DNA from: Diadema antillarum
Taxonomy: Eukaryota
Assembly (NCBI RefSeq): GCF_040938485.1
Contig: NW_027271666.1
Coordinates: forward strand, 1,736,001-1,800,000
Direction of reading: 5' to 3'
Length of the DNA stretch: 64,000 nucleotides
A model generated the notes under the pieces. The model was given only the letters and a program-made list of their open reading frames with translations, made no database searches and was not told the DNA's origin. The position numbers and the translations under genes are program-made. Position 1 is the first letter of the stretch; every line of letters starts with the position of its first letter. Below are positions 35,506-45,086 of the stretch, piece after piece.

Positions 35506-35723
35506 ACACTTGTCCGGCGACACAACATTTGCTCCTGCGACAATTGCACTGGTCTTATTTTCTCCAAAGACTTGGGGTTAGGGTTGTGATAGGGTTTTAG
35601 GCATAGTTTGATGGGAGGATTAGGATAAGGGTTTGGGCTATGTTTGTGTGTAGGTTTTATGTTTGGCTTAGCGTGCAGATATTTCATGGGAGCAATTGCC
35701 GCAGGAGCAAGTGTCATGGAACC
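35506..35723. mobile_element. Short interspersed IR element with internal ggttagggtt repeats
   Basis: ACATTTGCTCCTGC...GCAGGAGCAAGTGT inverted arms; second copy at 52590-52804. Confidence 0.7.
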
Positions 35724-36202
35724 CACACACATGCATCCCCCCCTCCCATGGCACATTCTAAAACTTCGTCAAAGAATCTGGTGCATGTCAGAAGTAGCTT
35801 GCCTTTGAGCTTTACAACCCACATGCTCGCAAACACACACACACACACACACACAGAGTGCAGTACTTCATAAAAGAATCAGGGACCTTTTGTCTGTCGT
35901 ACCTTTAGTCTATAGGGCTGTAACCCTCAGTGATCTGATATTGGCAACTCCCTTTAAAATGAAATCCTCAGGACCAGCGTTTTCTTGTTATATTGAAAAC
36001 AAGATTTTTCATGGATGACTGTTTGTTACAAGGGGAGTGCACCGCATTTAAGTTCTCTCCAACTCTGGCCACGTAGGAAATACACTAGACCAGTGGTCTG
36101 GTGACCACGCCCGACTGATCCCTTCCTCCACGGGTGGGTGGGTGTAGTCCTTCCTATGTCAGTACGTAAATCCTGATGTAGTCCACTTGACAAGACTTCA
36201 TT

Positions 36203-36235
36203 TCACAGCCACCCAACACTGGTCCATGGCCAAAC
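36203..36235 (-). CDS. IMMP1L: IMMP1L terminal coding exon
   Basis: VWPWTSVGWL*, after a strong polypyrimidine acceptor. Confidence 0.85.
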   Translation of the reverse strand, partial: VWPWTSVGWL

Positions 36236-39200
36236 CTACGGATGCAAAGGGGCGGGAAAAAACCCTTTAGGGCATTTTCTACTTAAACAAAGGAATTTAA
36301 GGTGCATGGTCCCGGTGTTTTAGTCAAATGCGTATGCGGGCGCACGGCGCAAGTTTCCTATAGAGACCTACGCTATCGACTTCTCTTTGGCGCTTACGCT
36401 TTGGCCCACTTTCCCCGAGTCCGAAGAAGTCCGATTCACTGTAGTCAGTGGTCCAATCATAGTTCGGCTCATGATTCGGCTGAGGGGAATGACAGCTTTA
36501 GCAAACTTCTTTGTGATGTCATAATAACAAGCACATATTCACGCATCCTGGCATTACTACAGACTGCGTGATGCGCAAAGAAGACAACGAAGGCAACGTT
36601 ACTTAGCAACACCTACGCACTTTACTTTTGATGACAGCTCAACTTCGGTAATCTTCGTATCAATGCTAACGGTGATCGGCAGTTTTATCAACAGCGCCAT
36701 CTACACTACCGGGACTATGCCCCTTTAATATAATTACACTGTATGTTTATATCCATCTAGGGAAAATATTTTCTCAGCTAATTTTTTTAACTTGTGAGAG
36801 GTTGCCTTATGCAAGATTAAATGTGCACGAGTACAAAAACAAACAACAAAGGTGGTTGACAGTAACATTAGGAGGTCATTTCTGGCATCTTGCTATAGGA
36901 GAAAGGCTGTCATTAGTGTCAATCAGTGTTGAAAGAAGCTCATCATCAGCCATATATATTACTTAACTATTGGGAAAAAATACTCACTCTGAAAATGGCT
37001 CTTCCCCGAATGAGGCCAAAAGGCACGGGACCAAAAACTCTGGAGTCAGTGGAGTTGTCGGTGTTGTCACCCTGGAGCCAAACATGTCCTCGTGGGATCT
37101 CGAAAAAAAAAAAACCAAGAAATTTAAAAACAAAATGAGAATTAAAAAACAAAAATCCAGAGGAATTCATACATTTTCCTACCATTGCAAAAGGTTCAAG
37201 GCAAGTACCTTGGATATATGTCAAGATGCTGATTTTTCCTTTAAAACGAGAAACCTCATTAGTCATTCTACATTTATCTTGAAAAAAAAAGAGCACTGCT
37301 GTCATCATAGTCATGAGCGCCAGCAGTTACAGACTCACATATTTGGTAGTCTTCAGAAACTTCCAGGAGGTATCCGTGGGGATCTCGTCAAACTCCATGG
37401 CAACCACCCTTTTGCAGAGGAATTGTCTTGGGTCTGAAGGGGATTTGAAGATCACTATGTCACCCCTGCAAGAAACGAAAGAGATCCAAGGCAGTCAAAT
37501 TGGGAAGAAATTGATAAAAACTCCTTGGGCAGAGAAACTTTGTGGGATGTCTGCAATGATTGATGCAAAGTGAAATAATGAGAGTGATGTGTGGTGTGAA
37601 AATATGAATGGATTAAAAAAGGCTGCATGAGAACATGATGGAGATGCCAGGGTTGAAACATTATGTTGAAGATCTGGTAAGGGTGAATGGAGTGTGGTGG
37701 CATGGGCATGTGTTGAGGAAGGATGATGATCATAGTACGAGAAAAGTGCTGGAGTTTAATGTGAATGAACACCCAAAGCGAGGACAACTGAAGAAGATGG
37801 AGGACATAGGTAGACGAGGACCTTGGGAAGGTTGGCTTTTAAGGAAGGAGGATGCCCTAAATCAGGTGAGAAGGTGGGAAAGTTGTGGTTGCTGGTAGAG
37901 TGAGGTAAATTCCTTATGGGCAATTCCACGGTAACTCGCGTTACAAATAATGGGTACATTTTTGGGATAATGTGCCAATATCTTTGTAATTGGTAGGATC
38001 TACAAGTTACTTTTTATGCCTCCGCCACGAAGTGGTGCCGGAGGCATTATGTTTTCGGGTTGTCCGTCCGTCTGTCCGTCTGTCCGTCCTTCCGTCCGTC
38101 CGTCCGTCTTTCCGTCCGTCCGTAATGAATTTTGTGGACAAGGTAACTATCAAAAGCTGTTGAGGTATCTTAATGAAACTTGGCATGTATGTGTATTAGG
38201 GGGTGAAGTTGTGCCTATCAACTTTTGGGTGCACATGCTCAAGGTCAAAGGTCAAAAGGTCAAGGTCAAATACATACAATTTCACTATTTCCACCCTATC
38301 TATGCAATGCCTGAAGATATTTTCTTGAAACTTAGTGTATACATGTATTACCCAGTTTAGATTCTCTGGTGAAAGTTTGGGTCATGAGGTCAAAGGTCAA
38401 AGGTCAAAAGGTCGAGTAAAAGTATTAAAACTTCTTTTTTTTCTCTGTAAATTGGAAAATTGTTCAAGGTATCTTCATGGAACATAGTATATACATGTAC
38501 TGACTGGCAGTGATTATCTAGAGAATGTAGGGTTCATGGGGTCAAAGGTCAGGGGTCAAAGGTCAAGTGCAACACTTCAAAATTTTACTTTTTCCCTCAT
38601 GTTCATGCAATGCCAGCAGGATTAGTATTCTTTTTTTTACACTTGGTGTATGCATGTGTAACCTAATAGAAATTCTCTGGAGAGTTTTTTTTTCTTTTTC
38701 TTTTTTTTATTGCCTCAAAGGTCAAAAGGTCAAAGATCAAGTGAAAGTGCTGAACTAACTTTTTCCTCCATATCTCGGAAGTGGCTCAATTTATCGTGAA
38801 ACTTACTGCATATCTATGCATGTTCTTCCTGAAAGTGATTATCTTATGAATTTTAGGGTCAAAGGCCAGATGAACATGGTAACAAATACTATTCAGTACA
38901 GAAATTGCACTTTTTCTCCATACCGGTACCATGAAAATTACTCATTGCATTAAATGTATGAATGGGTCAAAGTCAAGTTAAAGTCCTTAAATCCCCAAAT
39001 ACATGCTCTCCTATTCATCCAATTAAACCAAGGTCAAGGAAGGTGAACATTCAACACATTTGTGACAAACTTGTCATTTCAATATTTTGCCAGTTTTGTG
39101 AAAATGTAATCACACATTGTCCACATGAACTATCTAGACCTATTAGGAGAATCATGCATTATGGCGGAGGCATACCAGTCGCCATAGCGACATTTCTAGT

Positions 39201-42200
39201 TTCATCATGGGTTAAGTAGACATACACCAACTAAATGAATCCAAAAAGAAAAATAAAGGACAAACATGTTGTAATTCTTGAATCATTTAATTTCAGTAAC
39301 TTGCGTTACACAAAAAGGACATGGTCAATTCTATGAAGACCTCTTTTTGGAAAGTCTCCTCATACTAGACAATCTTGATAAAAGTTTTCCTACCTTGAAT
39401 TGATAGTGGGTGAGGACTCATAAATTAACAATATCAAAGTTGAGTAACAATGACCTGGAAAAACGTAGGGAGCCTTTATGTCGGTAACTCGCGTTACGGT
39501 AACTCGCGTTACATTATGTCCACTAACACAGGGTGACACAAATTGATGACATACAATTGTTCTGATGGCACTGAATCTTGTGTTGAATAATCTGAGAGAT
39601 GCTTATTTGTGTAGATAGTAAAACGAATAAATGTTAAACAAATATTTTACTAATAAACCCAATAGAAGAGTGTGTTTAAGACTAATAAGAGCTTCACTCC
39701 TCATAGAGACCTTGAATATGTTTGAATATATACTAGATGATATAGGTGTATTATTACATTGTAAGTTTCAGAGTGTGAAGATGAAAAATGTTGAAAGTCT
39801 TTAAAAAAAAACATAAAAGTATCAAACCCTTTGTATATACAAGTTTACGAAACAGCTTACAATCTTTCAAAAATTCAATATCTTTGTGAGGAGTGAAAAC
39901 TAGTACATTTCTTTGCAACTGATTGACAAAAAGACCAGTTCGTAATTCCACTTTGTGCATGAACAAAAAAAGATCATTTGTACGAACAGGCATTTTGGTT
40001 TGTAAATTCACTGACATAAGCATCTGTGATGCGATGATTATTCATGCGATCCGTATCTAAATGATGCTTGCCAGCACATCCACCTGACAGCAAGAATGGT
40101 ATTTTGCAATATAAACGGAAATAAGCTGTTACTGCATTCAATACAAAACAATGAAATGGATGCCTGCTAAATTATAAACTGATTGGAGTATTCTGATCCC
40201 CTGATCTAAATGCAAGTTCATTCTTTTTTTTGAACAGAAGTTCCATAAATTGTTATGTCATGCAAGCTTATGCATTATGCTGCTTTGAAAACAAGTGAAG
40301 TGCCGAACCAACTGAGGAAAATGTGTACATGAGCTACAGTGTATACGAACTGGCTTATTACCCTACATCGACGTAAATAAGCACTGAATTGATCAGTGTT
40401 TTAGTAGTAGCCATGATAAAAAAGTCATGGGCGTACATACTCAAGCAGTATTCAAACTTACGACCTCCTGATCACCGGACAGGTGTCATCTCCACTAGAC
40501 CACCGTGCTTTCGCCCGACAGCAAGTGCTGGTTCTAATCCTTATAACATGCAGTGGGTACTGCGTAATTATTCAAATTCATGAAATTCTTCCGTTGAGAT
40601 GTTTTCATTGCAACTGATTGACAAATTGCCCTACATCAATGTTAATAAGCTCACTGAATTGATCAGTGTTTTATCAGTAGCCATGATAAAAAATTATGGG
40701 CATACACCCTACTTGAGCAGGATTCGAACCCACAACCTCCTGATCTCCGGACAGGTGTCATCTTCAGTAGACCACCGAACAAGGATTAGAACTAACACTT
40801 GCTGTGCTTTATAGCATTCTGTAATAAAAATTCTGTAATACTGATGCAGGAAATTCAAAAGATAAATCTAATGGTCTCATTCACTGCTGGATACATGTAC
40901 AGTACCGGTATGCAGTGAAAGCCAGGCTAGACTCTTCAATGTGGCATGTGATCAGTGGCCTTGATGCTAATCACAGTTTATTAGGCTGCCCTCCTTTGTT
41001 TCAGTCCAGCACAGTGTGTATAGCACTGCATTTGATTGTTTACACCACAGTCTAGCTCAATTAAGTGCTAAAATTTGCTTATGTTGGGGGAAACTTGTGT
41101 TTATAGTTGGTAACTCGCGTTACATGCCGGTAACTCGCGTTACATGGTAACTCGCGTTACACTTTTCATTGACATTTTTTAATGTGATAACAGTGTTTAT
41201 TCAAGTCAACATCCTGTGTACAGTATCGGGGTGTGATGAATTTAGAAAATTATGATTCCCAACAAATTACCTCCACTGCTTCCTTCAGAATGAAAAATAT
41301 TTCTTGTTTCGGTAACTCGCGTTACATGGCTCAAGGGCTGAACTTTCATGTGGTGATTAGAATTTTTTGAAGGTGGCATAAAAATTTCCTCATGGGAGAC
41401 TGAAGTAGAACCAATTTGCTTCTTTAAAATAAATTAATTGAAGTGCTAGCAGAATTTTTCTATTAAAAAAAATTATATCAAGTTGCGCATGCATTTTAGC
41501 AATTTGGATGACTGAAAAATTGTCTTCGACATTTGTAGCTGTTTCTCGGGAAATATTTGACCGATTGATATAATTCTTTGAGTTTCTTTAACTTCAATAT
41601 ATGGGTAATACATAATGAGTAATTCTTTTGCAATATGATAAAGTTGAAATTTTAGTGCCATGTCCACATTCCCATGGAATTGCCCTTATAGGGAACAAAC
41701 CAGGATCACTGAATACCTTTTGACATTGAAGAAAAACCTGGTGCTGATGTGCTCTGTAAGAACAATGTCTTCCTCCTGGATTGTGGGACGCATGGACGGA
41801 CCTGTGCACTGTCAAGAAACAAAAACAAAACAAAAACAAAAAGAACATGATCACTCCATCATGGCAGAAGTACAATATCAACACAGAAGTCTTTCTTTAA
41901 GAGAACCTAGTACCGTAAGATTTTTTTGTTGTTGTTCTCCCATCTATTGAATGTGCAGCATTGGTATTATTGGATATTTGATTTACTGAAAAACATGATA
42001 TTTTTGCGGCATGAAATTTTTGTGAGTTGCCTCTAACATTCAGTGCATAAAGTGTAGACAAGAACTTTCGCATTCACTTTAATTCTGCGAATTTCACAAA
42101 ATGAACATGTATGCGAATATACCCCATTTTACAGTACACTAGCTCTGAACTTTCATGAAAACTGAGAGAGAGAGAGGGGGGGGGGGGGAGACACACATGG

Positions 42201-42572
42201 GAATTGTAATTTAAAAGAAAGAAAAATAAAAGGAACAATGTTTGAACAATTCTAAATTCACAGCTTTCAACATCTTCAATCCAAGAAGACCAGCTTAATT
42301 TTCATCAATCCATGCCACAGGTCAATAACTAAAAATATTACCTCCTTCCCCCACCCTCCCCCCCCCCCCCCCCACCGCAACGAATAAAAAACAAACAAAC
42401 AAACAAACAAACAAAAAAATTAAACAAATTATACTAGACCTTGCAATGATCTTTGTTTTGATGGTCATTGTCTTACCAGAGTGAAGTCAAAGACGTACTC
42501 GGAGACGCAGTAAGCCCCACAGTAGAACAGTACAGAATACTTGACAACTCTTCCGAAAAGTTTAGCTGCCAT
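36203..42572 (-). CDS. IMMP1L: Gene span: mitochondrial inner membrane protease subunit 1, 5 coding exons, 152 aa
   Basis: complement(join(42477-42572,41717-41808,37339-37465,36988-37098,36203-36235)) = 459 nt. Catalytic Ser is in GPSMRPT and Lys in CKRV. GHVWLQGDN..NSTDSR is the S26 peptidase signature. Confidence 0.94.
36988..37098 (-). CDS. IMMP1L: IMMP1L exon 4
   Basis: IPRGHVWLQGDNTDNSTDSRVFGPVPFGLIRGRAIFR. Confidence 0.96.
37339..37465 (-). CDS. IMMP1L: IMMP1L exon 3
   Basis: GDIVIFKSPSDPRQFLCKRVVAMEFDEIPTDTSWKFLKTTKY. Confidence 0.95.
37560..37917 (+). mobile_element. Decayed 3' fragment of an RTE-type non-LTR retrotransposon
   Basis: Translates to ...MMEMPGLKHYVEDLVRVNGVWWHGHVLRKDDDHSTRKVLEF...PKRGQLKK, resembling the RTE ORF2 C-terminal W.GHV.R...R.RGRP motif. 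Confidence 0.7.
38011..39201 (+). mobile_element. HINE-like element with (CCGT)n and AGGTCAA repeats
   Basis: subTIRs TATGCCTCCGCC / GGCGGAGGCATA, 3' hairpin GTCGC-CATA-GCGAC, and T-rich ends. Confidence 0.75.
40330..40780 (-). mobile_element. Two decayed tRNA-derived SINE-like copies in tandem
   Basis: B-box-like GGATTCGAACC on the + strand and TGGTCTA[G/C]T A-box-like heads on the - strand. A shared tail recurs near 51280-51480. Confidence 0.55.
41717..41808 (-). CDS. IMMP1L: IMMP1L exon 2 (catalytic Ser)
   Basis: CTGPSMRPTIQEEDIVLTEHISTRFFFNVK. Confidence 0.95.
42477..42572 (-). CDS. IMMP1L: IMMP1L first coding exon
   Basis: MAAKLFGRVVKYSVLFYCGAYCVSEYVFDFTL, followed by a GTAAGA donor. 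Confidence 0.88.
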
Positions 42573-42879
42573 CCTGTTTACTCGTCTAGTGTCAGGAGAA
42601 TCATCTAGTACCTTCCGAGGCGGTAAGGTCAAGGATAAACCTGACAGATAGTTATGTCTTCTGAGTCATCAAAAACACTGTGTGTGAGATTCTTCCTGCA
42701 AGAAGAAAGAAAAGTTTGGATTCAGTTTACAGTTACAGTTTAGTCCAGCCCTGTAGATACTGAATAAGGCAAACAATAAAAGGAACATAAACGGCTTCCA
42801 TTAATTATAGATTGTAAATTGACTACGTAGTTGTTTTGTTGTGTGATTATTACACGTTTACTTTGAATCATTTATACCT

Positions 42880-43365
42880 TACAGTCGACAATAGCATAGC
42901 AACGTCCTGGAAAAGAAATTTGTCAAAAATCATCAGCTCACCACAGTCTAAGGAGCTGGGTCTTCATCAGTTATTTTTTAGTCGCGCGAGATCGAAGATG
43001 ATGCAACCATCGTCCCACCACATCACATCCGATTGTACCCGCAGAGCCGCCCGTGTTTTTCTGACCGAAACTGCAGCGAGCACTATAGCATGCAGCTAAC
43101 GGGACTGCAGCTGGTTCGAGCGTTGATTCTAGTAGCCTCATTTAAGACCTCTTTGATTTCTGAAAATATGATCTTCAGGTAAATTGTTTCATTGACGTAA
43201 CAAGATAGATTTTCTGGTATCTTTAAATCAAAGAAATAAAAAAAATGATTAATTTTAGCGTAAAAATACAATCTACACTTTTGTCGAATGATTTATAGAT
43301 AGCTTGACTGTTTATTGATGTCTAGATCAGGCTCGAAGAAGACTAGAATAAAGCACATTTTCAAT
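42880..43365. promoter_or_regulatory. Shared (bidirectional) promoter / 5' UTR region of IMMP1L and ELP4
   Basis: The divergent ATGs are 794 bp apart. There is a CpG-richer block at 42980-43120, a minus-strand donor near 42880 and an acceptor near 42695, consistent with a non-coding IMMP1L exon 1. Confidence 0.6.
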
Positions 43366-43510
43366 ATGGCCGCGCCCATGGAGGCACTCAAAACTAGCTT
43401 CCAGAGAAAGTCGAAACCCAAAACCATAGCTGTCAGAGGTACAAGACCTTCACTTCACAATGGCCAGCTTCTTGTGTCAACCGGCGTCCCATCACTGGAC
43501 CATCTATTAG
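43366..43510 (+). CDS. ELP4: ELP4 exon 1
   Basis: [48 protein letters not shown]. Confidence 0.95.
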
Positions 43511-45051
43511 GTAACATATGAGTGGAATAACGAAGCAAACTTGTTTCATGTGGAGCTGTAGTAGTAGAGACCAGTCTAACAAGTGACAGCACAGGCCACA
43601 GCGTCTGCCGCCGTGCCGTGCCTACTTCTAGATAGCACGGCCGCGGCCCGGCGGCGTTTTTTTTTAAAGACCTAATAAAATGGTTTAGCAGAGACTCCAA
43701 CTCTCCCGTTTTCGACGGGAGATCTCCCGCCGAAAGCCCATTTTTGCACAATCTCCCGTTCTCCCGTTTGAGATTTGATTCCTCCCGCCCTGACTCTGTG
43801 TCTCCCGGTGGAAAGGATTTCTTACTTATTTCTATCGTATGTTGAAAAAATAAGCCTTAGATAGCAACAGAGAACACCTAGAATCCTAGGAACTTCGCGC
43901 TTCGCACACATCAACTTGGAGTCTCCCGTTTGCTAGGGGTTTCGGGCGGGAGAATCTCCAGATTAGAAGGTGCTTGGGGTTGGAGTCTCTGGTTTAGGCA
44001 TTTTTTTCTCAATGATGTAATAATATTAAATGTTAAATTCTAAGTAATTCTATGGTTGTGCGGGGTTTTTTACTGTTCTGAATTTTGTTCTATATTTGTT
44101 AACATAATGGATGCAATTTCCTCGGTTTTGGAAAACTTGCTATACTTTCGCCGCATGCGGCGCACTATCACTTCTAAATTGTGATGACGTCTAAGAACGG
44201 AGTCGTTCACGACCAGTCTAGCCGTAGCCTCTAGCCAGCGAGCTGGCAAGGCTATGCTAGCGCAGCGCAGCGACAGCCGGCCGGCGGCTGCACTGGCTAG
44301 CGCTGGCGGGGGAGCGAGCTAGCGAGCGCATAGCAGGTGCTGCGCTGCACTATTGTCATTGGCTAAGCCTTTAGACAAAAGAATATTTAATGAACTGTAT
44401 CGGATTTAATACTGCCAATAATACAGATTACAACTGTGGTACGCTTGGATATCCATTATTTTCGGCAAACTCGTGAAATAGGCCCCACCACTGCGTGTCT
44501 GTACTAATAGTAATACTAGCGTTACGGCGACTCGCCTGTTTCAGCCCCACCGTGTGGCGTTCATCTCGGTAGGTAAGCACGGCGGTGGGGCTGCCTTCCA
44601 CAGTAAATACTCGTGAATGCGGCGAAAATGACTTCATAATATGGCCCTCGACTAATTTAACGGCCAATTTAACCATAAATACAACCCTACCTAACCCTAA
44701 ATCCTAGGAGGACCTACCCTTGCTTGCTATAAACGCACGGGTACGGTGCACGCGCACTGCGGTGGGGCCTATTTCACGATAGCCCCACCACCACTGCGTG
44801 TTTGTACTAATACTACGGCGACTCGCCTGCTTTATAGGCCTAGACCTACTCGTGAATCCAGCCCCACCGTGGCATTCATCGGTAGATAAGCACGGCGTTT
44901 GGGCTTCCTTCCACAGTATGATTTTTAGCATAAAACAAAAACTACTCGACCAAAATTGACGATAATTCTTGGTATCGTTTTTCTTAGAAAATGGTGCATC
45001 TAAATTACTGATAACAAATGTTGCAGAAACTGACTATGGGAAACTGGTTAG

Positions 45052-45086
<35 letters not shown>

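Larger units (their letters stand above)
37918..41685. mobile_element. 3.77-kb non-autonomous DNA transposon with GGGCAATTCCA TIRs and a TTAT 4-bp TSD (Sola2- or Kolobok-like)
   Basis: TTAT|GGGCAATTCCACG ... CATGGAATTGCCC|TTAT, with eight GTAACTCGCGTTAC-type motifs inside. Confidence 0.82.

Noticed and set aside
29300-36200. DNAJC24 expected left of IMMP1L from vertebrate synteny
   Set aside because: I found no J-domain (HPD) or CSL zinc-finger exon; RWDD3 is the next recognisable gene.
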